A stretch of DNA of 64,000 nt from SAR202 cluster bacterium bin87 (GCA_002238825.1 MPNC01000013.1:6006-70005); one strand, 5' to 3'. Counted from the first letter of the stretch, positions 47,693-58,297 are shown. Numbers and translations: made by a program. The notes: generated by a model not told the origin, from the letters alone.

Positions 47693-49105
47693 TCAGACGC
47701 CCAGGTGGGCCTGCATCGCGTCCAGCAGACGGGTCACGTTGGCCGTCGTGTCCGCCTCACAGTAGATGCGCAGCAGCGGCTCCGTTCCTGAGAACCGGGC
47801 CGCGACCCAGCCGGCGTCCAGCATCCAGCGTCGCCCGTCGATCTCATCCATGCCGTGCACGGCCATGCCCGCAAGCTCCGCAAGCGGCTCGCCGCCGAGG
47901 CGGCCCATGATCACCGTTCGCTGCGCTGGATCGAAACCGACGTCCCGCCGCTGGTAGTGATGCTCGCCCACCAGGTCAAACAGATGACTGACCATGCCCG
48001 AGGCAGTCAGCCCGGCGATGGCCATGTACTCCAGCAGCAGCAACCCGCTGAGGATGCCGTCGCGCTCCGGTATGTGGCCGCGGAAGGCGTACCCGCCGCT
48101 CTCCTCGCCGCCCAGCAACGCGTCGTCCGTCTGGAAGCGCGGGCCGATGTTCTTGAAACCCACCGGCATCTCGGCGATGTCCACGCTGTACCGCTGCGCC
48201 AGTTTGTTCAGCATCACCGACGCGGTGACCCCTTTCACCAGCGCGCCGCGATCGCCCCGCTCCAGCAGGTACAGGGCCAGCAGCGAGAACACCTCCAGCG
48301 TGCTGACGAAGCGGCCGTTCTCGTCCACCAGGCCAATGCGGTCCGCGTCGCCATCCAACGCCAGGCCAGCCGATGCGCCGTCCTGCGGCACACGGCGGCA
48401 TAGTTCGGCCAGGTTGTGCGCGATGGGTTCCGGCTGGGCCATGCCGGGAAACGACGGGTTCACTTCTGCCCGCAGCTCAGTGACCGTGGTCGTCCCGCCT
48501 TTCAGCGTCGCCGAAATGAAACCCGCGCCGGCGCCGTGCATGGCATCCACCAGCACGTTCAACCCGGCGGCGCGAATCGCGTCCAGGTTCACCAGCCCGG
48601 CGATGGACTCACGGTACGCCGGAACGGGGTCGATATCCTCAAGCAGACCGGCGTCGCGAGCGGCATCCAGCGCCAGCGTTCGCGGCGGTCGCGCCGATTC
48701 GATGCACAGCTCCAGCGTGTCCGTCATGGCCTGGCTGGCGCTGCCGCCCTGCGCCGATTTGAACTTGAAACCACTCCACGCCGCCGGGTTATGGCTCGAT
48801 GTGATCACCACCCCGCCGGCCGCGCCACTATGAACCACCTGGTGGCTGACCACCGGCGTCGGCGCCGGTTCCTTGCACAGCCTGACCGCAATGCCGTTGC
48901 CCGCAATCACCGAGGCCACCGTCTCCGCGAATTCGCGCGACGCGAAACGGGTGTCGTAACCCACCACCAACCCATCGCCGGCCGATCCTTCAATCCGCAG
49001 GTAGTCGGCCAGCCCCTGCGAGCAGCGCGCCACGTTGGCGAAGGTGAAATCGTCGGCGATGATTCCGCGCCAACCGTCGGTTCCGAACTTGATGGGAGAG
49101 GTCAT
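47693..49105 (-). CDS. phosphoglucomutase/phosphomannomutase-family phosphohexomutase
   Basis: 470 aa with FGTDGWRG, the active-site loop TSSHNP, DGDADR and GEESGG. Confidence 0.85.
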   Translation of the reverse strand: MTSPIKFGTDGWRGIIADDFTFANVARCSQGLADYLRIEGSAGDGLVVGYDTRFASREFAETVASVIAGNGIAVRLCKEPAPTPVVSHQVVHSGAAGGVVITSSHNPAAWSGFKFKSAQGGSASQAMTDTLELCIESARPPRTLALDAARDAGLLEDIDPVPAYRESIAGLVNLDAIRAAGLNVLVDAMHGAGAGFISATLKGGTTTVTELRAEVNPSFPGMAQPEPIAHNLAELCRRVPQDGASAGLALDGDADRIGLVDENGRFVSTLEVFSLLALYLLERGDRGALVKGVTASVMLNKLAQRYSVDIAEMPVGFKNIGPRFQTDDALLGGEESGGYAFRGHIPERDGILSGLLLLEYMAIAGLTASGMVSHLFDLVGEHHYQRRDVGFDPAQRTVIMGRLGGEPLAELAGMAVHGMDEIDGRRWMLDAGWVAARFSGTEPLLRIYCEADTTANVTRLLDAMQAHLGV

Positions 49106-49127
49106 GCCGGGATTATAGCACCGGGGG

Positions 49128-49568
49128 TCAGCGCCAACGGCGGCGGGCGATCACCGTGCCGGCAACGCGGTCCGGAATGGACCGCCGTTCGTTACGGTCT
49201 CTCAGTATGAAGGCGGCGTCGACGAAGAAGCCGATCAGCGTCAGGTGCAGCAGGAACTTCACCCCCGCGCGAATCGCCTTCATCCACCAACTCGCGTTCC
49301 CGCCGCGCCGCCGCTTCACGTCCGTGCCCGTCAGGCGACGCCCGGGCGGCCCAAACTTGACGATTATGCCGAACCACAGGACGTAGGTGATCAGCAGCGC
49401 CAGCGGCACCTGTATCGCCAGGAAATCGTAGACGTCGAAATCGATGGCGTCGGGACCGGGCGACCCCAGCTTCTGGATGATGAACACGACCGCAATGGCG
49501 CCGGCCAGGAACAGCAGGCGATCAATGAGCCAGGAGGCGAACCTGCGCAGGGGAACTATGCTATCCAT
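49128..49568 (-). CDS. RDD-domain membrane protein
   Basis: 146 aa with RR.AS.LIDRLL and RRSIPDRVAGTVI. Confidence 0.6.
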   Translation of the reverse strand: MDSIVPLRRFASWLIDRLLFLAGAIAVVFIIQKLGSPGPDAIDFDVYDFLAIQVPLALLITYVLWFGIIVKFGPPGRRLTGTDVKRRRGGNASWWMKAIRAGVKFLLHLTLIGFFVDAAFILRDRNERRSIPDRVAGTVIARRRWR

Positions 49569-49741
49569 GGATTACCACTACTTGAACAAGTGAAACGCAC
49601 TACTGCACCAGAGCACCACAATTCTAGCGTCAATCAATCGACTGGACGGATATATTGCGGTGCGCGTTTGAACCATTCAAGATACCAATACTCTGGATGC
49701 CAGGGTTTCCCCGACCGCGCACAACCAGTTTCGCCCGAGCC

Positions 49742-49892
49742 GTCATTGCGAGCGAAGCGCGGCAATCTCGTCGCCATGGGAATGGTTCTCCTGACAATCA
49801 GATCGCCACGTCGCTATGCTTCCCGCGATGACAATCGGGTACTCATGAGACCGCTTCAATCTTGCTCATCCATGTTTATCCATGCGAATTGC
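49742..49892 (+). repeat. Family A repeat followed by a family C half-element
   Basis: GTCATTGCGAGCGAAGCGCGGCAATCTCG...GATCGCCACGTCGC...CCGCGATGACAATCGGGTACTCATGAGAC is followed by CTCATCCATGTTTATCCATGC. Confidence 0.85.
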
Positions 49893-49949
49893 CCCTGCCT
49901 TCCCCGACTGGGTACGCGCAAGGACTTCCCCAGAATTGGAACAGCAATA

Positions 49950-49978
49950 CGCCCCGCCCTGGAAGCAGAGCGGGGCGC
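49950..49978 (-). terminator. candidate terminator downstream of metK
   Basis: A GCCCCGC/GCGGGGC stem (7 bp) with a 12-nt loop lies about 30 nt after the metK stop. The U-tract is weak. Confidence 0.4.
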
Positions 49979-50007
49979 AAATCAGCGGGTTGACCGATAT
50001 CGGTGAA

Positions 50008-51249
50008 TTAGTCGCCGGCGGTGGCGACGGAGGCCGCGGCCTGCTTCAGGGCCTCGGCCTTGTCGGTGCGCTCCCAAGGCAGGTCCAGGTCGGTGCGACC
50101 GAAGTGGCCATAGGCCGCGGTCTTCCGGTAGATGGGCTGCCGCAGTCCCAGGTCCTCGATGATCGCGCCGGGGCGCAGGTCGAAGTACTCGCGCACCAGT
50201 TCCTCGATCTTCTCGTTGGGAATGTGGTTGGTGTCGAAGGTCTCGATGGCCACGGACGTCGGCTCAGCGACGCCGATGGCGTAGGAGACGAGCACCTCCA
50301 GCCGGTCGGCGAAGCCGGCGGCCACCAGGTTCTTGGCCACGTAGCGGGCTGCGTAGGCGCCGGAGCGGTCAACCTTGGTCGGGTCCTTGCCGGAGAAGGC
50401 GCCGCCGCCGTGGCGGGCGATTCCGCCGTAGGTGTCCACCAGGATCTTCCGGCCGGTGAGGCCGGTGTCACCCTGGGGGCCGCCGACCACGAACCAGCCG
50501 CTGGGATTGACGAAGATCTTGGTGTCGGCGTCCAGCAGGTTGGCCGGGACGATGGGCTCGATGACGTGCTTGCGAACATCATCATAGATCTTCTTGCTGA
50601 AGGCCTCGCGGTCGTCGGTGTCGTCATGCTGCGAGCTGATGACAACGGCGTCCACGCGATGCGGCTTGCCGTAGCGGTATTCCACGGTTACCTGGCTCTT
50701 GCCGTCGGGGCCCAGGTAGGGCAGCGTGCCGTTCTTGCGCACGGCGGCCAGGCGCTCCACCAGGCGGTGGGACAGGTCAACGGTCAGCGGCATCAGGCCG
50801 TCGGTCTCATTGCAGGCGAACCCGACCATCATGCCCTGGTCGCCGGCGCCGGTGGCGCGGCGGGCGTCGGCCTCGGAGCCATTGTTGCGGGCCTCCAGCG
50901 CGGTGCTGACGCCGGCGTTGATGTCCGGCGACTGCTGACTGGCGTTGCGGATGATGCCGCAGGAATAGCCATCGATCCCGTATTTGAGCTCGGTGTAGCC
51001 GATCTCCAGCAGGGTCTGGCGCGTGATGGCGTCGAAGTCCAGGTCAGCCTTGGTCGTGATTTCGCCGGTGACCATGACCAGGTTCTTGCCGGCCACGGTC
51101 TCGCAGGCCACGCGGCTCATGGGATCGACGCTCAGGGCGGCGTCCAGCACGGCGTCGGAAATCTGGTCACACACCTTGTCGGGGTGCCCTTCGGTCACTG
51201 ACTCGGACGTGAGCAGGTACTTGGGCGAGGTCATAAACTGAATTGGCAT
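50008..51249 (-). CDS. metK: S-adenosylmethionine synthetase
   Basis: 413 aa with [17 protein letters not shown] and GGGAFSGKD. Confidence 0.95.
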   Translation of the reverse strand: MPIQFMTSPKYLLTSESVTEGHPDKVCDQISDAVLDAALSVDPMSRVACETVAGKNLVMVTGEITTKADLDFDAITRQTLLEIGYTELKYGIDGYSCGIIRNASQQSPDINAGVSTALEARNNGSEADARRATGAGDQGMMVGFACNETDGLMPLTVDLSHRLVERLAAVRKNGTLPYLGPDGKSQVTVEYRYGKPHRVDAVVISSQHDDTDDREAFSKKIYDDVRKHVIEPIVPANLLDADTKIFVNPSGWFVVGGPQGDTGLTGRKILVDTYGGIARHGGGAFSGKDPTKVDRSGAYAARYVAKNLVAAGFADRLEVLVSYAIGVAEPTSVAIETFDTNHIPNEKIEELVREYFDLRPGAIIEDLGLRQPIYRKTAAYGHFGRTDLDLPWERTDKAEALKQAAASVATAGD

Positions 51250-51284
51250 TGTTCGGTTCCTCCGAATGATGTTGTTTTACACAC

Positions 51285-51382
51285 CGTCATACCGGCTTTC
51301 GCCGGTATCCAGGATGTCTTTGCCTCGCTCAGCGTTGTCGGTTCGCGGAGGCTCTGGATTCCTGCAGAAGCAGGAATGACGG
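51285..51382. repeat. two family B hairpins in inverted orientation
   Basis: CGTCATACCGGCTTTCGCCGGTATCCAGG lies at 51285-51313. CTGGATTCCTGCAGAAGCAGGAATGACGG lies at 51354-51382. Confidence 0.8.
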
Positions 51383-51439
51383 TTCTGGTTGCGGGCGGTT
51401 CTGATTGCGGCAGGATGCCTCAGGTCTGAACCGTTACGG

Positions 51440-52741
<1,302 letters not shown>

Positions 52742-52771
52742 TTAAGTCTGTTGACTATCTGAAGGGCGTAC

Positions 52772-52870
52772 CGTCGTTCCTGCTTCCGCAGGAACCCAGC
52801 AAGGCCGCTGCGATGGGCACATCGGCTGCATGATGCCTCCACTGGATTCCCGCTTTTGCGGGAATGACGA
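52772..52870. repeat. two family B hairpins in inverted orientation
   Basis: CGTCGTTCCTGCTTCCGCAGGAACCCAG lies at 52772-52799. CTGGATTCCCGCTTTTGCGGGAATGACGA lies at 52842-52870, and a partial GGGAATGACGG lies at 52878-52888. Confidence 0.8.
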
Positions 52871-53018
52871 GAGTGATGGGAATGACGGCAGCGGCAGGCA
52901 ATCTCTAGTGCGCCATTCGGGAGACCGCGAGGACTTCCAGCAATCGCTCGATGAAAGTTCCTCGGTTGCCCGTGCCGTTGAAAACGGCGGCCTTGAACTC
53001 CTGCGGCTGCCTGGTCAG

Positions 53019-53378
53019 TTACGGATTGTCCCCGTAGGACGTGGGATTGCCGGCGGCGATCCACGAGGGGGTGCCGTCGTCCACGTTGTAGAGCATCTCC
53101 GAGTCGTAGCCCATGGCGGCGGCCAGCTCGCAAGCCAGTCCGCTGCGGACGCCGGCCGCGCAGATGAACAGCAGCTTCTTGTCCTCGGGCACTTCGTCCA
53201 TGCGACCCGGCAGGTCGTCCACGTTGATGTGGATCGCGCCGCTGGCGTGGCCGGTGACCCATTCGTCGTCCCGGCGCACGTCGACAACGACGGTGCCTTC
53301 CGGGTCGGCCTGCAGGATCTGCAAAGCCTCGGGCGAATCAACCCGGTAGTACGGTTCGCCTGGGTTCTGTCGTGGCAT
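53019..53378 (-). CDS. single-domain rhodanese-like sulfurtransferase
   Basis: 119 aa from ATG 53378, with AAGGAGG 8 nt upstream. It has VDVRRDDEW..GH and the active-site loop CAAGVRS. Confidence 0.75.
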   Translation of the reverse strand: MPRQNPGEPYYRVDSPEALQILQADPEGTVVVDVRRDDEWVTGHASGAIHINVDDLPGRMDEVPEDKKLLFICAAGVRSGLACELAAAMGYDSEMLYNVDDGTPSWIAAGNPTSYGDNP

Positions 53379-53402
53379 ATCAATTACCTCCTTGCATCGT
53401 CG

Positions 53403-53481
53403 GCATGGATACACAGGATGTTGGGGATGGAAGCATCCTTTCAGAAAGATCCAAAATCTCGTCTATCCTGTTCATCCATGC
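53403..53481. repeat. Family C inverted-repeat element
   Basis: It reads GCATGGATACACAGGATG ... CTATCCTGTTCATCCATGC. Confidence 0.75.
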
Positions 53482-53496
53482 AATCGGACCTTTACG

Positions 53497-54381
53497 TCAG
53501 TTTGGTGGCAGATCAAGATGGGTGCCGGCGATGGGGTGCAGCCGGCGGTAGGCCGCTTCGGATATGCGGCGTCGGTCGGTGATGATGGCGTTGGTCAGCG
53601 CCGTCTGGCAGTCGCACGGACCCAGCGCCGCCAGCTCCGGCATGATGTGGCGCAGGATTATGCGGCTGTTGGCCACGTTGGCCACCAGGTTCTCCACCAC
53701 CATCTCCACCGTCACGTCGTCGTGGTCGGGATGCCAGCAGTCGTAGTCGGTGACCCACGCCATCACCGCGTAGCACATCTCGGCTTCGCGGGCCAACTTG
53801 GCCTCTGGCAGCGTGGTCATGCCGATGATGTCGCCGCCCCACGACCGGTACATGTTCGACTCGGCGCGGGTCGAGAAGGCCGGGCCCTCCATCACCACCA
53901 GGGTACCGCCCTGGTGCGTGGGTATGCCCTGCCCGGCCGCGCCATCGGCGATAACCGTGCTGATGCCGAGGCAGAAGGGATCGGCGAAGGAGATGTGCGC
54001 CACGACGCCTTCCTCAAAAAAGGTGCTGTCCCGGCGGCGCGTGCGGTCGATGAGCTGGTCGGGCACCACCACATGCTGCGGTTCGTACTCGGCCTGCAGG
54101 CTGCCCACCGCGCTGACCGACACGACTTGCTTCACCCCCAGGGTCTTCAGCGCGTAGATGTTGGCCCGGAAGGGCAACTCGGTCGGGTTCACCCGATGCC
54201 CCCGGCCGTGCCGCGGCAGGAAAGCCACGGGCACGTCCAGCAACTCGCCCACCGTAATCAGGTCACTGGGCTTGCCGTAGGGCGTGTCGATGTCCACCAC
54301 GGCCGTTTCGGCAAAGCCCTGTATCTCGTACAGGCCGCTGCCGCCGATGATGGCGATTTCCGCTTGTGGTTGGCTAGGCAT
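53497..54381 (-). CDS. mtnP: S-methyl-5'-thioadenosine phosphorylase
   Basis: 294 aa. It has the PNP/MTAP fold (IAIIGGSGLY, FLPRHGRGH, TNIPEAKLAREAE-like GMTTLPEAKLAREAE). Confidence 0.85.
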   Translation of the reverse strand: MPSQPQAEIAIIGGSGLYEIQGFAETAVVDIDTPYGKPSDLITVGELLDVPVAFLPRHGRGHRVNPTELPFRANIYALKTLGVKQVVSVSAVGSLQAEYEPQHVVVPDQLIDRTRRRDSTFFEEGVVAHISFADPFCLGISTVIADGAAGQGIPTHQGGTLVVMEGPAFSTRAESNMYRSWGGDIIGMTTLPEAKLAREAEMCYAVMAWVTDYDCWHPDHDDVTVEMVVENLVANVANSRIILRHIMPELAALGPCDCQTALTNAIITDRRRISEAAYRRLHPIAGTHLDLPPN

Positions 54382-54433
54382 TAAATTGATTTCCCCAATG
54401 GTCTGAAAAATTGATTGAACCGCTCGATCACGG

Positions 54434-55057
54434 CTAGGGCCAGATTACGGCCGCAACAACGCCCGCCCAGAAAATGATGCCCAAAACGATGCACACCACC
54501 TCGCCCTTGCCGAAACGCGCGGACTGCAGCAAACGACCGTCCACACTGGCCCAGTACCGGTTGAGGTTGGACTGCATGACGCACAGGAGGACGATGCTCA
54601 AGACCAGCGCAACGATGCTGAGGATGAGGCCGGTCACGAGCACGGCGCCGCTGTACATGTCAGGGCTCCGCATGATTCCGCCGGCGATGCTGACAATCCC
54701 GTTGATCACGACGAAGGTGGTGAGCAGGCCCAAATTCAGCGTGTCGGGCACGCCCCGTTCCACCATCAGATCCTTGTACTGCCGGATGTGGGCGTGGTAA
54801 CGGAAAAAGCCGTACACGGGCAGGAACTGCGTCAACCCATGCCACACCGGGTAGTGGGTTTGCCCATTTGCGGTCGCCATCTCGAAGGTGTAGTCGCGGT
54901 ATTGCTTCCAGGTGCGGTACATCCAATAGAACCAGTAGAGGCCCATGCTGATGACCGACAGCAGGATGATGCGCGTCGTGGATATATGCGCCCCTCCGGC
55001 CAGATCCCCGGCCAGGGGTTCGTCGTTTCCGTAAATGTCAGGCTGCCAGGTTGTCAT
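54434..55057 (-). CDS. polytopic membrane protein with DUF4234-like GLYWFYW motif (paralog B)
   Basis: 207 aa from ATG 55057. It aligns along its whole length with 55093..55722. Confidence 0.55.
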   Translation of the reverse strand: MTTWQPDIYGNDEPLAGDLAGGAHISTTRIILLSVISMGLYWFYWMYRTWKQYRDYTFEMATANGQTHYPVWHGLTQFLPVYGFFRYHAHIRQYKDLMVERGVPDTLNLGLLTTFVVINGIVSIAGGIMRSPDMYSGAVLVTGLILSIVALVLSIVLLCVMQSNLNRYWASVDGRLLQSARFGKGEVVCIVLGIIFWAGVVAAVIWP

Positions 55058-55092
55058 CGAACTGCTTGCGTTTGTTTTGCCAGGATGATCTG

Positions 55093-55722
55093 TCAGTTGG
55101 ACAGATAGTATTGGACGTAGTAACCGGCGATGGTGAACCACAGGATCAATCCCAGGGCCGCCAGTACCATCGCTCCCCGGCCCACTCTGGCGCGGTTGGC
55201 CAGCTCACCGTCCACCGAGGCCCAGTACCGGTTGAAGTTCGCCTGGATCCGGCAAACCATGGCAGTTGCCACCAGCATCCCGACCAGGCTAACTACGTCC
55301 AGGATCAGGTCGATCATGACCGCGATGGCGCTCTCGCCCAGGTAGCGGTTCAGCCATTGGGTGGGCACCGGGCTCCACGCCGCCGTCGCAATGATCAGGA
55401 CCACCAGGATGGGCGCCATCCTGAGGTTGTGCGGGACGCCACGTTCCTCCATAAGGTCGCGGTACGCCTTGCAGTGGGCGTAGAACCGGAACCACCCGTA
55501 GATCGGCACCAGCATGGCCAGGGCATGCCACACGGGATAGACATTCGCGCCCGTGTGTTCCCGGTACTGGTCCCACGTCCGGTAGGCCCAGTAGAACAGG
55601 TACAGGCCGAAGCTGACGACGGACAACGCGAAGATGCGCGGCGTAGAGAGATGGTATCCGTACGTCCAGGCGGCAATAGCTGCCATACCAGTCACCGAGT
55701 CGTCGGATTGTCGGGCCGCCAT
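55093..55722 (-). CDS. polytopic membrane protein with DUF4234-like GLYLFYW motif (paralog A)
   Basis: 209 aa. Shared blocks are YPVWH, YG.FR.YAH...Y.DLM.ERGVP and NRYWASVDG. Confidence 0.55.
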   Translation of the reverse strand: MAARQSDDSVTGMAAIAAWTYGYHLSTPRIFALSVVSFGLYLFYWAYRTWDQYREHTGANVYPVWHALAMLVPIYGWFRFYAHCKAYRDLMEERGVPHNLRMAPILVVLIIATAAWSPVPTQWLNRYLGESAIAVMIDLILDVVSLVGMLVATAMVCRIQANFNRYWASVDGELANRARVGRGAMVLAALGLILWFTIAGYYVQYYLSN

Positions 55723-55734
55723 CGGGTACGCCTC

Positions 55735-56841
55735 TCACCGCAATTGCGGCACCTGCTCCGGCAGGTAGTGAGTGGACCTGAAGACGCTGTTGACCTCGAA
55801 GCCCTGCTCGTTGGGCCCGAAGTGCGGGTTGATGTACTCCCAAACCACCTGGCCGTCAGGGGTGACCTGGAAGATGCGCCCCGGTTGGCCCTCGGTGATC
55901 AGGGTATTGCCGTTGGGCAGCCGCCGCGCGCCGGAAATGTACGCGCTGAAGAAGTTGAACGGCGGGTTGTCCCGGTACTGCCACACGATCTCGTTGGTGG
56001 ACGTGTCCACCTCGATGACCCGGGACGCCGGCAGCGGGTTGTAGCGGTTGTGCGACCCGTTGTCGTAGATCAGCACGTTGCCGTTGTCCAGCATGGACGG
56101 GTCATGCTGCTGTGACAGCACCTCATCGCCGATCTGCCACACAATGTTGCCGCTGGCCTTGTCGATGATCCCCACGGTGGAAATGTTGCGGAAGCTGAAC
56201 ATCACCCGGTCATTGCCCAGCGGCGCCACCGTGTTGCCGTGGCTCCATTCGTCCCGCAGGTCGTTGAAGGTGACGACGTGGCGCTCGGGGTCCAGGTGCT
56301 CGGCGGCGTGCCATTCCCAGATGCGGTTGCCGTTGGCATCAACCTCGACCAGCACGTCGGCCCACATCCCGGTATAGTCTTCCCGCGACTCCGTGCCGGG
56401 CTGGCCTCCCTTGATGGTGGCCGCCTGCGCGTCGTCCATCCGCTCCACCGTCATGTAGATGCAACCGCCCGATTCGGTGCGCCGCGCGTCGTGGTGGTGG
56501 ACCGGGTCCCGGTGCTCCCACAGGATGTTGCCGTCCCAGTCGGCCTCCAGCATGATGCCGCCCTTGAACCGCTTCATCGCCTCGAAGGTTTCCCAGCCGC
56601 CGTCCTCGCGCACCTTGCCCCCGTAGAACAGGTTGCCGTTGGGCAGCAGGTAGCCATACAGGCCTGGCGGGTAGGGCATCTGCCACCGGTGGGCCACGTC
56701 GCCGTTGATGTCCAGCAGGTAGACCTCGCCGGCGCCGGACATGGGCGCATACAGCGTGTAGCCGGGGCAGGCGCGCTCCGGGTCGCAGGCGGTGAGGCCG
56801 GTGCGGGCCATGCGGCGGCGGGTCTGTTGGTCAATCGTCAT
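55735..56841 (-). CDS. arylsulfotransferase (ASST)-like beta-propeller protein, apparently cytoplasmic
   Basis: 368 aa. Repeated blade motifs are LPNGN, DNGNVLIYDNG and LPNGNTLITEG. No signal peptide. Confidence 0.5.
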   Translation of the reverse strand: MTIDQQTRRRMARTGLTACDPERACPGYTLYAPMSGAGEVYLLDINGDVAHRWQMPYPPGLYGYLLPNGNLFYGGKVREDGGWETFEAMKRFKGGIMLEADWDGNILWEHRDPVHHHDARRTESGGCIYMTVERMDDAQAATIKGGQPGTESREDYTGMWADVLVEVDANGNRIWEWHAAEHLDPERHVVTFNDLRDEWSHGNTVAPLGNDRVMFSFRNISTVGIIDKASGNIVWQIGDEVLSQQHDPSMLDNGNVLIYDNGSHNRYNPLPASRVIEVDTSTNEIVWQYRDNPPFNFFSAYISGARRLPNGNTLITEGQPGRIFQVTPDGQVVWEYINPHFGPNEQGFEVNSVFRSTHYLPEQVPQLR

Positions 56842-56856
56842 TTGTTTTCCTTGAGC

Positions 56857-56962
56857 GTCCCGTGTATCTCGTCGAGGGTCCCGTGTGTCTCGTCGTTCCC
56901 CGATCTTCCTCGCCGTTCCCGCGTGTTCATCTCGTCGTTCTTGCGAAAGCAGGAATCCACGG
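56857..56962. repeat. four degenerate ~21-nt tandem units merging into a family B hairpin
   Basis: The units read GTCCCGTGTATCTCGTCGAGG / GTCCCGTGTGTCTCGTCGTTC / ... / CCGCGTGTTCATCTCGTCGTTC. CGTCGTTCTTGCGAAAGCAGGAATCCACGG follows. Confidence 0.7.
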
Positions 56963-56974
56963 ACTCCGAAAGCC

Positions 56975-58018
56975 TCAGGTCGCGTCCACCGCTCGCCGCA
57001 GCGACTCCGTGTACGGCGGCCGGCACACCATGGTCTCGGTGACGATGCCAGCGATGTAGCGATGGGGCGTCACGTCGAAGGCCGGGTTGTACGCCGGCGT
57101 GCCCTCGGGCGCGGTGGGCGCGCCGCCGTAGCCGGTCACCTCATGCTGCGGCCGTTCCTCAATGGCGATGTCGTCGCCGTGGGCAATGGCCAAGTCCACC
57201 GTGCTCGTGGGCGCAGCGATATAGAACGGGATGTCGTTCTCGTGCGCCAGCACCGCCAGCATGTACGTGCCCACCTTGTTGGCGGTGTCGCCGTTGGCGG
57301 CGATCCGGTCCGCGCCGGTGATGACGCAGGACACCTCGCCCTTCTGCATCAGCACACCCGCCGCCGAGTCGGCGATGAGCGTGGCCGGGATGCCCAACTG
57401 CTGGAACTCCCAGGAGGTGAGACGAGCGCCCTGCAGCCAGGGCCGGGTCTCGGTGTTGTACACGTTGAACCGTCCGCCGGCTTCCCAGCCCGCTCGGATC
57501 ACGCCCAGCGCGGTGCCGAAGGCTGACGTCGCCAGGGCGCCGGTGTTGCAGTGGGTCAGCACGCCCTGGCCGTCGGCGGGCATCAGAGCCCGTCCGTGTT
57601 CGCCGATACGACGGTTGATGGCCTCGTCCTCTTCCTGGATGCGACGGGCTTCCTCTTCCAGGCGGGGCAGGATGCTGCCGGGGTCGGGTTCGACCTCGGC
57701 CACGCGCATCATCCGGCGGACGGCCCAACCAAGGTTGACGGCGGTGGGCCTGGCGGCGGCGATGTGGGCCCCGGCTTGTCGCAGCGCGCCGATGAAGTGG
57801 TCCCGCTCCCGGGACTGCAACTCGGCGGCGGCCAGTACCATGGCGTAGCCGGCGGTCACGCCGATGGCGGGTGCCCCGCGCACGCGCATTTCGGTGATGG
57901 CAGACGCGGCCGCGCGGTAGTCGGTGATGCGGACGGTAACGTGCTCGTGGGGCAGGAGCGTCTGATCCAGGAGCTCCAGCCGGCTGCCCGTCCAGTTGAT
58001 GGGGCGAATTTCGTTCAT
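56975..58018 (-). CDS. mtnA: S-methyl-5-thioribose-1-phosphate isomerase
   Basis: 347 aa with LLDQTLLP, VRGAPAIGV and the eIF-2B-like fold blocks. Confidence 0.9.
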   Translation of the reverse strand: MNEIRPINWTGSRLELLDQTLLPHEHVTVRITDYRAAASAITEMRVRGAPAIGVTAGYAMVLAAAELQSRERDHFIGALRQAGAHIAAARPTAVNLGWAVRRMMRVAEVEPDPGSILPRLEEEARRIQEEDEAINRRIGEHGRALMPADGQGVLTHCNTGALATSAFGTALGVIRAGWEAGGRFNVYNTETRPWLQGARLTSWEFQQLGIPATLIADSAAGVLMQKGEVSCVITGADRIAANGDTANKVGTYMLAVLAHENDIPFYIAAPTSTVDLAIAHGDDIAIEERPQHEVTGYGGAPTAPEGTPAYNPAFDVTPHRYIAGIVTETMVCRPPYTESLRRAVDAT

Positions 58019-58102
58019 AAGTGGGTAGACAATGTGGAGTGCGTATTTGGCGCACTGTGTTACGCTGCGATAATACTGGTGGAATCTGCGTTTTCGACAG
58101 GC

Positions 58103-58135
58103 AAAAATAAAGGCCCACCCGCACTTGGGAGAGCC
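58103..58135 (-). terminator. intrinsic terminator (expression platform of the S-box leader)
   Basis: The minus strand reads GGCTCTCCC-AAGTGC-GGGTGGGCC (8 of 9 pairs) followed by TTTATTTTT. Confidence 0.7.
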
Positions 58136-58150
58136 ACCTTACACAGTCCG

Positions 58151-58297
58151 CCCCTCATCTTTCGTCCCGCCTTGGTATCCGGACGCATCGTGCGCCGAAT
58201 ACCGGGACGCCGGATTTAGCACCTCATCCCACGGGGTGGGCGGGACAGGTTGCCAGGCTTCACAGGGCCGTTCCCTCCGCCTGTCTGAATAAGGGTT
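58151..58297 (-). ncRNA. SAM-I (S-box) riboswitch aptamer
   Basis: The minus strand reads CCCTTATTCAGACAGGCGGAGGGAACGGCCCTGTGAAGCCTGGCAACC...GGTGCTAAATCCGGCG...GAAAGATGAGGGG. All conserved S-box blocks are present, and P1-P4 fold by hand. Confidence 0.85.

Noticed and set aside
51250-51439. SAM riboswitch upstream of metK
   Set aside because: The spacer is filled by two inverted family B hairpins. None of the S-box core blocks (GGAGGGA..GGCCC, GGCAACC, GGUGCUAAAUCC) is present.
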